Origin: Candidatus Poribacteria bacterium
GTDB taxonomy: Bacteria > Poribacteria > WGA-4E > PCPOR2b
DNA: 64,000 nt
Assembly: GCA_965208675.1 (NCBI GenBank)
Contig: OZ242351.1
Coordinates: 1,024,001-1,088,000, forward strand
Reading direction: 5' to 3'
Under the pieces are notes generated by a model that did no database searches, was not told where the DNA came from, and was given only the letters and a program-made list of their open reading frames with translations. The position numbers were made by a program, and so were the translations under genes. Below are positions 32,282-42,310 of the stretch, piece after piece. The first letter of the stretch is position 1; each line of letters starts with the position of its first letter.

Positions 32282-33397
32282 ATGAGAGAAATACATCGAA
32301 AAATTCCTGAATTGATTGAAGCAGAAGAAATTGGCGCTTACTGTACTGTTGTGGAGTCGAAAGGCTCCACGCCGCAAAAGCCGGGCTCAAAGTTGCTGAT
32401 TTTGCCTGATTTACGGAATATCGGAACGCTGGGCGGCGGGTGCGTAGAAGCCGAAGCGCGTCGGCAGGCGATTGGGTTAATGCAAGGCGGAATCCCGCGT
32501 CTGCTAGATTTTCGGCTAGACAGCGACTATGGATGGGACGATGGGCTGATTTGCGGCGGGAACATGAAAATTTTTATTGATTTGCCCCAGAGCAACGATG
32601 ATGCTTTTATGTTTACGCGTTTGGAAGATTTAATCGGCGAGAAAGTACCGCATGTTTTTGCTACGGTTGTGAAGAGCGAAATTAACGATATAAATGTCGG
32701 TATGAAAATGATTGCCGCATCCAATGGCGATTGTATCGGTTCTCTGGGAAACTCCAATCTGGAAACCGCTATGCAACGTGAATCTACGGAAGTGCTCGCG
32801 GAAAACTCGCCGCGAATTTTTCGCTGGAATTCAGGTGATGTCTGGGTTTTCATGGATCCGGTACAGCCCCGGCCAACACTGCTCATCGCTGGCGCCGGGC
32901 ATGTCGGGCAAGCGCTGTGCCATCTCGGGGACTGGCTCGACTTTGATATTGTAATCGTTGATGACCGCCCAGATTTTGCGTCTAAGGAACGCTTACCCGA
33001 AGCCGACCAGATTATCATCGGCGATATCGCGGATGAATTGCGGAAATTCCCTATTGATAACATGACCTACGCCGTAATTGTCACGCGCGGCCACCGGCAC
33101 GACGAGGAGGCGCTTTACAGCGTGGTGGAGTCCGACGCCTGTTATGTTGGTTTAATCGGCAGCCGTAGGAAAATAAAACTCATTTACGATGATTTGCTTG
33201 CGCTCGGCGTCTCCAGAGAGCGGTTGGCTCGTGTCTACGCCCCGATTGGATTGGATATCAATTCCAAGACTGTGCCCGAGATCGCTGTGAGCATTGCGGC
33301 TCAACTGATTCAAATTCGGAACAGTGTCAATAAAGATGTTCGCTTCGATGCACAACCCGCACGTATGCCCACCGTTAACGTAAGCGATAGTACCTAA
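32282..33397 (+). CDS. xdhC: XdhC/CoxI family molybdenum cofactor chaperone
   Basis: GSTPQKPG, GTLGGGCVE, GLICGG, GAGHVG, TRGH..D, APIGLDI...PEIAVSI motifs. Confidence 0.9.
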   Translation: MREIHRKIPELIEAEEIGAYCTVVESKGSTPQKPGSKLLILPDLRNIGTLGGGCVEAEARRQAIGLMQGGIPRLLDFRLDSDYGWDDGLICGGNMKIFIDLPQSNDDAFMFTRLEDLIGEKVPHVFATVVKSEINDINVGMKMIAASNGDCIGSLGNSNLETAMQRESTEVLAENSPRIFRWNSGDVWVFMDPVQPRPTLLIAGAGHVGQALCHLGDWLDFDIVIVDDRPDFASKERLPEADQIIIGDIADELRKFPIDNMTYAVIVTRGHRHDEEALYSVVESDACYVGLIGSRRKIKLIYDDLLALGVSRERLARVYAPIGLDINSKTVPEIAVSIAAQLIQIRNSVNKDVRFDAQPARMPTVNVSDST

Positions 33398-33501
33398 TAC
33401 CTAATAATGCAGCCTTGTTAGGTGAGGCGCCGCTAGATTAAAGCCAGCACATCCTAATCGCATTTTAAATAGGAATATACCTGAGTTTTGGCACCAGAAC
33501 T

Positions 33502-33843
33502 ATGCTGACAGTTCAATTAGATTCCGACAAAACCCATACAAAAAACGAAGTCGTCGAAATCGTAATGCAATCCCTGAATTTCGTTAGGGAACAGTCTACT
33601 CAAAATACCCTTCAGTATTCTTCATCGGATGTTTATTGGGTGTTGAAGAACCTGCTCAATTATATAAATAGGCGAGTAGATGGAGAATTTGTCCTGAAAC
33701 GCCTCAAAAAGGGCGCTTGGGGAATCGAATATGCTGATGCAAGCCTTGCGAAGCGCAAAGCAGATGAACGCCACAAAAAAGAGCTCCGCAGAACAGCCGA
33801 CTACATTCAGCAGATGACCACCGATGCCCCGTCCCGGGGGTGA
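33502..33843 (+). CDS. hypothetical protein (113 aa)
   Basis: Open ORF with plausible composition; no motif recognised. Confidence 0.55.
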   Translation: MLTVQLDSDKTHTKNEVVEIVMQSLNFVREQSTQNTLQYSSSDVYWVLKNLLNYINRRVDGEFVLKRLKKGAWGIEYADASLAKRKADERHKKELRRTADYIQQMTTDAPSRG

Positions 33844-33959
33844 TTCGCCGGCAAGATGTCGTTGGATTCCTGCGTTGACGCTTCTGGAAGGATATTCGAT
33901 TGATGAAATTAGCAAAAACGGCAGCCACGGTTTAGCGGATTGGCTGTCATCTCGCGAGA

Positions 33960-34829
33960 TTATGACAGCAGCCGATAAAGCGCCGCGGCGATTCCATAGA
34001 TAATACCCGCTAGAACTGTCCCGGCAATAGTATCGACCGCGTAATGAAATCTTCCGTACACGGTTCCGATGACTAGTCCAACGCAGAACGGACATAAGAT
34101 GATAAAGGCGAGCGTATCATACCGCATCGCATAGAGCAGTACGACTACGGCAATGGCAGCATGCGAGCTGGGAAAGGCGGTGCCCTTAGATGAACCCATC
34201 GAAAGGATAATATGCGTGAGCCGATGGAAAGGACCATTGGCAAGCCGTTCGCTAATCTTGTCAAACACGTAGCGCGGGCCGGCGACCGGCAGGAAAATAT
34301 AACAGATGAGGCACACATTGAAGGCAAAACATTCGGCAAAGACTACCTCACGGAATGCACCAATTCTACCTTGGAAATAAAGTACCGCCGGGAGAGATAG
34401 TACGATTGCATAATAACTAAAATAACACAGATGCAGAACCTCCGAAAGTGCTATTTTCTGAAGATGTTTGTTCAGATACATGCTGGGTTGCCCCATAAAA
34501 AGCCGATTCTCCCACCGAATAACCGCATCATCAAAGTAGCCCTTGCGTATCATTTGGGTGAGCGGCGAGACTCCCCAGTAAAATACCGGGATTGTCGCGA
34601 GGGGATACCATTCACGTACGAAACGAAACGGAAGCGGCAACGATCCACTTAATAAACTGAGGCACAATATGGCAATAACTAGGGTTGCATGGGCAAGAAG
34701 ATTGAGATACCACCGCACTAAATGCTTACGAAAGGCGGCAATCAATACACTTGTCAATCCCAGGTAGGCGATGACAACCCAGTCGACGGGAAGCAGGCTT
34801 GCAGACAGTCGTACAATGATTTGGTCCAT
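33960..34829 (-). CDS. PAP2/AUR1-like membrane phosphatase or phosphotransferase
   Basis: Multi-TM; PVAGPRY, AFPSSH and RFHYAVD motifs. Confidence 0.88.
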   Translation of the reverse strand: MDQIIVRLSASLLPVDWVVIAYLGLTSVLIAAFRKHLVRWYLNLLAHATLVIAILCLSLLSGSLPLPFRFVREWYPLATIPVFYWGVSPLTQMIRKGYFDDAVIRWENRLFMGQPSMYLNKHLQKIALSEVLHLCYFSYYAIVLSLPAVLYFQGRIGAFREVVFAECFAFNVCLICYIFLPVAGPRYVFDKISERLANGPFHRLTHIILSMGSSKGTAFPSSHAAIAVVVLLYAMRYDTLAFIILCPFCVGLVIGTVYGRFHYAVDTIAGTVLAGIIYGIAAALYRLLS

Positions 34830-35002
34830 GGGTTCAGGTCAGTGAGAAAAAAGCGAGGGAATCACTATTCCAACTCGTTGCGCATAGTATCAACGATTGA
34901 TGTCTAATTTGCAATAAAAGGAATATCTTACTTTCGCGTGCAAAGCGTGTCAAGCGGAAAAAAGGCAGATTAGCCCTTTTAGATGCTGACACCGGGCGGG
35001 TT

Positions 35003-35329
35003 ATGGCACCTGAAAACACCGATCTCCCACTAATCCTTGATGAAATTCCGCAATCCGACCAGCGAGACCTCCTCAAGAAGGTCGCAACCCAGGTTGTAAA
35101 GCGCCGGTTAACTGCGCCGGCGATTTTGTTTCTCGAGATGTGCAAACCGCTGAACTTTCTTGGGAGTCAAATACTTATCGCACTGAATCCATTTGTACAA
35201 ACCATTTTCAAATCGACCGAATACCAGAAATTTGCGCTAATCATTGAGAAAGATGCCAACGTTGAGCTGCTGATTCGATTAATTGAAGAGTTAGATGTGG
35301 AGGAGCAAAGGAATGCCGGATCACTCTAA
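35003..35329 (+). CDS. conserved hypothetical protein upstream of glmL
   Basis: LTAPAILFLE..KPLNFLGSQ motif; overlaps the start of the next gene. Confidence 0.7.
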   Translation: MAPENTDLPLILDEIPQSDQRDLLKKVATQVVKRRLTAPAILFLEMCKPLNFLGSQILIALNPFVQTIFKSTEYQKFALIIEKDANVELLIRLIEELDVEEQRNAGSL

Positions 35330-37133
35330 CGGGATGCGTTCAATCCTCGCAACAGATTGCGGCAGCACGACCACCAAAGCAATCCTAATTGAAAAACGGG
35401 GCGATGAATATCACCTTGTTGTGCGCGGAGAAGCTCCGACAACGGTCGAAGCACCGGTTGAGGATGTCACCGCCGGCGTCATCAACGCAATAACAGAGGT
35501 GGAGGAACTCGCCGGACGAAAGCTCCTAAACGGTGGACAGCTCATAAAACCCCAGCAGGACGATGTTGGTGTTGACCTGTATATATCGACCAGCAGCGCA
35601 GGCGGCGGGTTACAGATGATGGTTGCTGGCGTAGTGCTAAACCTCACCGCGGAGAGCGCGGAGCGAGCTGCGCTAGGCGCCGGGGCGATTGTCATGGACA
35701 CGATTGCTTCTAACGACAAACGATTGCCGCACGAACGGATTGAGCGCATTCGCCATCTCCGTCCGGACATGCTTCTGCTTTCAGGCGGGGTTGACGGCGG
35801 CACAACTTCCCATGTCGCGGAACTAGCAGAAATTATCGCTGCTGCCAGCCCCAAACCGCGTTTAGGGTTGGACTACAAACTTCCCGTCATCTTTGCAGGA
35901 AACAAAAATGCGCATGACCTCGTCCGCGAAAGGCTTGGAGACGAAATGGCGCTCGAGGTTGTCGATAATCTACGCCCCGTGCTCGAACGTGAGAATCTGA
36001 TGCCGACCCGCCTGAAGATTCAGAGCCAGTTCCTGGAGCACGTCATGGCGCATGCGCCAGGCTACAAAAAATTGATTTCATGGACAGACGAGCCAATTAT
36101 GCCAACGCCTGGTGCCGTGGGGGCAATCATTCAGACTATCGCGGAGCAGCGGGAAATCCAAGTCGTGGGCGTGGATATCGGCGGCGCTACCACAGACGTG
36201 TTCTCCGTATTTAAAAACCAACATAACGAAGGCGTTTTCAACCGAACAGTGAGCGCGAATCTTGGGATGAGCTACAGCGTTTCCAATGTGCTGGCGGAAG
36301 CCGGGATGGAGAATATTTTACGCTGGGCGCCGTTTGAAATTGACGCGGGCGATTTAGGCAATCGAATCAAGAACAAAACCATTCGCCCGACTACTATCCC
36401 GCAAACACTCCAAGAGTTGATAATCGAGCAAGCCATTGCGCGCGAAGCCTTGCGGTTAGCCTTTGAACAACACAAACGCCTTGCCGTCGAATTGCGCGGC
36501 GTGCAGCAACAGCGCACAATTTCCGAAGCATTCTCCCAAACCGAAACGGGCGAAACGCTTGTAGATATGCAATCGTTGGATTTAATTATCGGAAGCGGAG
36601 GCGTGCTTTCGCATGCACCGCGCCGAAATCAGGCGATGTTGATGATGATTGACGCATTCCAACCAGAAGGAATCACTCACCTCGCCGTTGACAGCATTTT
36701 CATGATGCCGCAGCTTGGCGTTTTGGCGCAAGTCAACACAGAGGCTGCTGGTCAGGTTTTTGAGCGCGATTGCCTCATCCACCTCGGGACTTGCATTGCA
36801 CCGGTTGGCAAAACGAAAAGAGGCGAATCTTGTGTGACAATCACCGCTAACCTGCCCGGCAGTGGTGATGTATCGGAAGCTGTACCGTTTGGCAATCTGC
36901 GCTTGTTTCCACTTAAAGCCGGGGAGAAAGCCAAGGTGGCGGTTCAACCGGAACGCAATTTCGATCTGGGTGCAGGACGCGGCAATGCGGTCGAAGCTGA
37001 AGTTTCTGGCGGGATAGTTGGATTGGTTGTGGATACGCGCGGCCGCCCTTTGGACATCGCGACTGATTCGACGCAGCGCATCGCCGACCTAAAGCGGTGG
37101 ACTCAAGCACTTGCGGTGTATCCTGAAACGTAA
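35313..37133 (+). CDS. glmL: glutamate mutase L (GlmL/MutL-like ASKHA ATPase)
   Basis: DCGSTTTK, SSAGGGL, GGVDGG, VDIGGATTDV, RTVSANLGMSYS, IGSGGVL; GGAGG SD. Confidence 0.85.
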   Translation: MPDHSNGMRSILATDCGSTTTKAILIEKRGDEYHLVVRGEAPTTVEAPVEDVTAGVINAITEVEELAGRKLLNGGQLIKPQQDDVGVDLYISTSSAGGGLQMMVAGVVLNLTAESAERAALGAGAIVMDTIASNDKRLPHERIERIRHLRPDMLLLSGGVDGGTTSHVAELAEIIAAASPKPRLGLDYKLPVIFAGNKNAHDLVRERLGDEMALEVVDNLRPVLERENLMPTRLKIQSQFLEHVMAHAPGYKKLISWTDEPIMPTPGAVGAIIQTIAEQREIQVVGVDIGGATTDVFSVFKNQHNEGVFNRTVSANLGMSYSVSNVLAEAGMENILRWAPFEIDAGDLGNRIKNKTIRPTTIPQTLQELIIEQAIAREALRLAFEQHKRLAVELRGVQQQRTISEAFSQTETGETLVDMQSLDLIIGSGGVLSHAPRRNQAMLMMIDAFQPEGITHLAVDSIFMMPQLGVLAQVNTEAAGQVFERDCLIHLGTCIAPVGKTKRGESCVTITANLPGSGDVSEAVPFGNLRLFPLKAGEKAKVAVQPERNFDLGAGRGNAVEAEVSGGIVGLVVDTRGRPLDIATDSTQRIADLKRWTQALAVYPET

Positions 37134-37271
37134 CAAATAGTTTTTAGTTCACGCCCGCGGACTCTCTCATCTCTAAGGGTTCTGAATGAAATCAGAATCT
37201 CTCTTCGTTCAACAACGCTATCCTCTCTTGCAATTCGCGTCTACCATCGGGAATTTTGCCCAAAAATGCCT

Positions 37272-38462
37272 TCACGCCTCACGCGGTGCGAAGCATTTTC
37301 GGTACAACGCAACAATCTCCTCCTGCGACGCTTGACGAGGGTTATTGCCCGGGCTTCCGCTAGCAATTGCATCTGATGCCATCCGTTCAATGACAGCGTC
37401 AAACTTATCCGGCGCTATACCAATTTCCCCTAGGCGCGGCATCTGAATGTCGTTAATCATGCGTTCAACCGCAGCAACGGCGCAATCCGCCTGACGCATT
37501 ACAGATAGACCTTCGATCGATTCCCCCATGGCGCGGGCGATATGGGCAAAGCGGTCAGGCGAACCCGCTAAGCTGTATTCCATGACATCAAGCAGCAGCA
37601 CAGCGTTTGATAAACCGTGATGTATATGGAAATATGCGCCGATGGGGCGGGACATTCCATGTACTAATGCAACGGACGCGTTGCTGAACGCCATTCCGGC
37701 AACGGTGGCTCCTATCATCATCTCCGTTCGCGCTTTTATGTTGCCGCCGTCCGCCCATGCTTGCCGAATTGAACCAGAAATTAACCGAATCGCTTCCAGC
37801 GCAAGCGCATCAGTGATCGGTTGAGCACGTTTTGAGATATAGGCTTCGATGGCATGCGTCAGCGCGTCAACGCCAACAGCGCTAGTCAAGTGCGGCGGAG
37901 TGGTGAGCGACAGAACCGGGTCCACAAGCGCGGCTTGCGCCAGCAAACATGGGCTGCTCAACATCATCTTCACATTTTTTTCAGTGTCGGTAATCACCGT
38001 GACTTTCGTGACTTCGCTGCCGGTACCGGCTGTCGTTGGGATGGCGATTAAGGGCGCGCCGGGATTCGGAATTTTGTCGACACCCATATAATCCGCCAGC
38101 TCACCGTCGTTGGTCAACTTCACCGCGATTGCTTTGCCGCAGTCGATTGCACTGCCGCCGCCGATGCTCACAATGAGGCTGCACCCGTCCGTACAATATT
38201 GCTTCAAGCCGTCATTAACGTTTTGCAGCGTAGGATCGGGGGTGACATCGGCATAGAGCGAGGTGTCAACCCCGGAAAGGTTAAGCTGTTTTACGACCTG
38301 ATCAACGTAGCCGATTTTAACAATTCCTGGGTCAGAAACAACCAATGCCCTGTTTGCGCCTAAACGCTTTGCCTGTTCGCCAACCCGCTTAGACGCATCA
38401 ATGCCGGTGATAATTGTAGGGGGTATGTTAAACGAAGAGACTGTCGATGTTAAATCGTCCAT
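37272..38462 (-). CDS. iron-containing alcohol dehydrogenase
   Basis: GGGSAID, PTTAGTGSE, DALTHAIE, HGMS and HHGL motifs. Confidence 0.95.
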   Translation of the reverse strand: MDDLTSTVSSFNIPPTIITGIDASKRVGEQAKRLGANRALVVSDPGIVKIGYVDQVVKQLNLSGVDTSLYADVTPDPTLQNVNDGLKQYCTDGCSLIVSIGGGSAIDCGKAIAVKLTNDGELADYMGVDKIPNPGAPLIAIPTTAGTGSEVTKVTVITDTEKNVKMMLSSPCLLAQAALVDPVLSLTTPPHLTSAVGVDALTHAIEAYISKRAQPITDALALEAIRLISGSIRQAWADGGNIKARTEMMIGATVAGMAFSNASVALVHGMSRPIGAYFHIHHGLSNAVLLLDVMEYSLAGSPDRFAHIARAMGESIEGLSVMRQADCAVAAVERMINDIQMPRLGEIGIAPDKFDAVIERMASDAIASGSPGNNPRQASQEEIVALYRKCFAPREA

Positions 38463-38547
38463 TCTTCTGTTCCGTTAATTCGAGCTGAACCGAATTGCAG
38501 GTTTATCAAGATTTTTGCGGCGCGTCAACGCTTGTACGGCAGTTCAT

Positions 38548-40116
38548 CTAATGCCGAAAATGCCGCACGCCTGTGAAAACCATTGCCATACCGTAGCGAT
38601 CTGCCGCCTCAATGACCGATGCATCTCCAGCAGAACCGCCGGGTTGAATAATCCCGCATACACCCGCCGCGCCCGCTACTTCAATATTGTCCGGAAATGG
38701 GATATAGGCATCTGATGCAAGCAGTGCCGCTTTCGCCCTTTCTTCGCCGGCTTTCCTGACAGCGGTAATGCTTGCATCAACCCGGCTCATTTGGCCCGCA
38801 CCGATGCCGACGGTCTTGGTTCCACGAGCAAGCACGATACTATTTGATTTGACGTGCTTACACGCCTTCCAGGCAAACAGTAAGGATTCAATCTCCGCTT
38901 CGGTCGGTTGGCGCTTGGTAACAACCTGTAAGGTGTTAGGCGTAGTCTCGTGCATATCCCGACTCTGGAGTAGCACGCCTCCGACGACGTTTCGAATCTG
39001 CTTAACCGCCGGATTATGAGATAATTCGTTCGTTTCCAAGATTCGGCGGTGTTTCACGCGAGAAAGCGTTTTCAACGCTCTGTCCGTGTAGCACGGTGCG
39101 ATGATTGCCTCCACTTTAATCCCGGCTCTTGCCGCTTCGCGAATCGCGTTTGCGGCTTCTAAATCAACTTCACGGTTAAGACCGATGACACATCCAAAGG
39201 CGGAGAGGCGATCGCAATCGAGGGCATCACTGAACGCGCCCGCCAAATTTGAGGCAGCCGCCAACCCGCACGGGTTGTTGTGCTTGATTATGGCGCAGGC
39301 AGGTTCGGTGAAATCCTTTACTATCTCAATTGCCGCTTCTAGATCGAGGATATTGTTGTATGAAAGTTCTTGGCCGCTAAGTTGATTCGCCCATGCCGCG
39401 CAGGGCTCGGGCGAGGAATGCGCGCGATAGAAAGCCGCCGCTTGGTGGGGATTCTCGCCGTACCGGAGCGACTGGGCTTTTTCATAGCGAACGTCAAGAA
39501 TCTCGGGAAATTCTCCGTGCGATGACTCCAGGTTAGCCAAGTAACGCGATATAACTGCATCGTAATGAGCGGTATGGGCAAATGCAGCTTTTGCCAATCT
39601 AAACCGGGTTTCGTGCGATAGGCAACCATCGTTCGCCTCCAACTCAGCAACGGTGTCAGGATACTGGCTTGGATTGCTGAGCACAGCGACATCGCGGTAA
39701 TTCTTGGCTGCGGATCGGATCATTGCGGGACCGCCGATGTCGATGTTTTCAATCACTTCAGTAAGATCGATGCCTTTCTTCGCAATCGTCGCCTCAAACG
39801 GATATAGATTGCACACGACGAGATCAATCATCCCGATGCCGTTTTCCGAAGCCTGCGCAATGTGCTCAGGATTATCTCGAACAGCGAGCAACCCCGCATG
39901 TATCCTCGGATGGAGCGTTTTCACACGCCCGTCAAGCATTTCCGGAAAACCGGTGTGGTCGGAAACCTCGCGGATTCCAATTCCCAACTCCTGAAGGTGT
40001 TTGGCGGTGCCGCCCGTCGAAAGGATTTCCACACCTCTATGGACTAGGGACTTTGCGAGATTACCCAAGTCCGTCTTGTCGTAAACACTCACTAATGCAC
40101 GTCGGATATTTTTCAT
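38548..40116 (-). CDS. purH: bifunctional AICAR transformylase/IMP cyclohydrolase
   Basis: RALVSVYDKT, GRVKTLHP, IDIGGP, LRYGENPHQ, KHNNPCG, IIQPGGS, RHFRH; real start ATG 40116. Confidence 0.97.
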   Translation of the reverse strand: MKNIRRALVSVYDKTDLGNLAKSLVHRGVEILSTGGTAKHLQELGIGIREVSDHTGFPEMLDGRVKTLHPRIHAGLLAVRDNPEHIAQASENGIGMIDLVVCNLYPFEATIAKKGIDLTEVIENIDIGGPAMIRSAAKNYRDVAVLSNPSQYPDTVAELEANDGCLSHETRFRLAKAAFAHTAHYDAVISRYLANLESSHGEFPEILDVRYEKAQSLRYGENPHQAAAFYRAHSSPEPCAAWANQLSGQELSYNNILDLEAAIEIVKDFTEPACAIIKHNNPCGLAAASNLAGAFSDALDCDRLSAFGCVIGLNREVDLEAANAIREAARAGIKVEAIIAPCYTDRALKTLSRVKHRRILETNELSHNPAVKQIRNVVGGVLLQSRDMHETTPNTLQVVTKRQPTEAEIESLLFAWKACKHVKSNSIVLARGTKTVGIGAGQMSRVDASITAVRKAGEERAKAALLASDAYIPFPDNIEVAGAAGVCGIIQPGGSAGDASVIEAADRYGMAMVFTGVRHFRH

Positions 40117-40202
40117 AATATTTATTGCCTTATTTACGCAACAAGAGAAACCGGCACGAAAATCAGCTATTTCACGCACACTTCTCTTCAGGATTTTTCG
40201 TT

Positions 40203-40970
40203 TCAGCGCTGAAGTGCGCGTACATGCTGCTGGACGGATTTCAACAAAAAAGTCTCCGCGTTGCCGCAGCTTAACACGCGAAAGCCCCGTTCCATGGCTT
40301 GAAGCGCATCCTCGACGGTGCCCGCCGGACATCCTACAGCGATATTTTTCGGCGCCGCGGCAGCCAGCACCCTCTCGGCTGCTTCAATAACTTTAGGGTG
40401 TGATGTCTGCCCCGTCACTCCCAAGGAAGCAGCGAGATCGCTCTTTCCTATGCTCAGCACATCAATTCCTTCGACTTCTACAATTTCATCAATGTTTTCG
40501 ACGGCTTCGGCGTCCTCAATCATAGCGGCGACAACGACTTCATCGTTGATGCCCGAATAATAATCCTCGGTCGATACCGCCCCGAACTTGATACTTCTGC
40601 CCGGACCAACACCGCGCTTCCCCTGCGGCGGGTAGAGCGCGCCATCGACAATCTGTTGCGCATCTTCTGCGTTACGGCAGTGCGGGACAAGAATACCCAT
40701 CGCCCCGAGGTCTAGCGCACGCATAATCATCGCCGTGTTAATTTCGTGAATACGTACGATTGGCGTAATACCGACCGCATAGGCAGCCAAAATCATCCGC
40801 TCCATCTCCGTCCAACCGATGGAACCGTGTTCGCCATCAATTCGGACATAATCTAAGCCGGCGTAACCGAGAATTTCCACGATTCCCGGTTCAGGCAGCC
40901 GAGCCCCAACGCCGAAGACAGTTGCGCCGCCTTTGAGTTTCCGTTTCATTGAATTCGTTCTGATGTGCAT
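40203..40970 (-). CDS. HpcH/HpaI aldolase/citrate lyase family protein
   Basis: DGEHG, ALDLGAMGILVPH, YPPQGKRG, MIED.EAVENIDEI, IG.SDL motifs. Confidence 0.92.
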   Translation of the reverse strand: MHIRTNSMKRKLKGGATVFGVGARLPEPGIVEILGYAGLDYVRIDGEHGSIGWTEMERMILAAYAVGITPIVRIHEINTAMIMRALDLGAMGILVPHCRNAEDAQQIVDGALYPPQGKRGVGPGRSIKFGAVSTEDYYSGINDEVVVAAMIEDAEAVENIDEIVEVEGIDVLSIGKSDLAASLGVTGQTSHPKVIEAAERVLAAAAPKNIAVGCPAGTVEDALQAMERGFRVLSCGNAETFLLKSVQQHVRALQR

Positions 40971-41278
40971 GTCCTATTCTCCCCGTATAACATCCCGCCA
41001 CATAATAGTGGAATATTCAGATATTTAAAATTCCAGAGGCATTATAGCATTCAATACGGCTCCGGTCAAGATCGACTTTCAATGCGGCAATCTTCCCTCT
41101 TTAGATTCATTACAATTCGAGTTTTCCAGATAATTATCGGGATTTTCTCACGGTTCGCAAACGGGGATATGCGTCCGTCTTTCTACTTGACTTCCTATGT
41201 ATTCGGCTGATAAAATCGTATGTAGATTCTAACTTCAATGACAGCGGCGGGAAAATTTTGAATGGGAGGAAGATTTGT

Positions 41279-42010
41279 ATGTCGAAACAGAATTGGCAAA
41301 CTTTAGCCAAAGCGTTAAACCGCGAACTCGGCTTGAAACACGCACCCATCGCGATTACGTTTTCTCACGATGCACCGAGTGATGCGGCGCAATACGAAGG
41401 AGAGATGCCAGAACCTTCAGCCGATGGTAGGACGGGGAAGGTCCCAGCCGGGTGCGTGTTTTGGACAGCGGCTACCGAAAAGACCTTTACTACTGAGCCC
41501 GAGGACCACTACAATTGCAGCGTTGGATGTGTCACGCATGGATTGAAAACGCTGGAAGATGTCATGGATAATGAAGATGTTCAGGGGCTCGTCGGATCCG
41601 GATGGGTTTCAGCGGAAGAAGCGATGCAGCTTCCATTTGTAAAACAGCGTTACAACCATATCACGTACGGTCCCCTAGGAGAAATTACTGTCGATCCCGA
41701 CGTGATACTCTTGCGGATAAACGCTTTTCAGGCGATGGTGATTCATGATGCGTTCAATGACATAGCAATTGTGAACAAACCACAATGCCACATCGTGCCA
41801 ATCGCTAAGGAGCAAAACAGACTCGCCATGAGTACGGGCTGCATCTTGAGCCGGGTACGAACGGGTATGCCGCCAGACGAGATGACGTGCACTATTCCGG
41901 CGCCGCAGTTGGAAGCAATCCTTGAAAAGTTAAAGGTTCGGCGGGAAGCGAATGCGGCGGCTTCTGCTTATGCAAACCAAGACGGGCGGCGTTTTGCTGA
42001 TCTGGCTTAA
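41279..42010 (+). CDS. DUF169 family protein
   Basis: PIAITF, DPDVIL, conserved Cys and GC..SR..G...DEM pattern; GGAGG SD; promoter TTGACT-18-TAAAAT at 41187-41216. Confidence 0.8.
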   Translation: MSKQNWQTLAKALNRELGLKHAPIAITFSHDAPSDAAQYEGEMPEPSADGRTGKVPAGCVFWTAATEKTFTTEPEDHYNCSVGCVTHGLKTLEDVMDNEDVQGLVGSGWVSAEEAMQLPFVKQRYNHITYGPLGEITVDPDVILLRINAFQAMVIHDAFNDIAIVNKPQCHIVPIAKEQNRLAMSTGCILSRVRTGMPPDEMTCTIPAPQLEAILEKLKVRREANAAASAYANQDGRRFADLA

Positions 42011-42310
42011 GCCTCGGCTAATCCGGACTTGACGGCAAGAACTTACACAATCTGCGCGCTCAGTCTATTTTGAGCCTCGCCATATTTGAATCTTTCGTCT
42101 GAAAAACCACGCAAATTAACGGTGTCCGCCAGAGAATGTATAGCGGGTGATAGTCCGTATCTGCTCCGGCGGTATCAAATTCCGTACCGGAGTCTGACTC
42201 AAGGGCAGCGGGGAGGAACGCACATAGCTTGTGCAATCATCCTGACAGGAGCGATTTTTGCTGTCGTACCCACGCTACCGCCGCTAGTGTGGTTTCCCCA
42301 TCTCCCCATT

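Noticed and set aside
40117-40332. N-terminal extension of purH
   Set aside because: It overlaps the aldolase gene; PurH homology starts at MKNIRRAL
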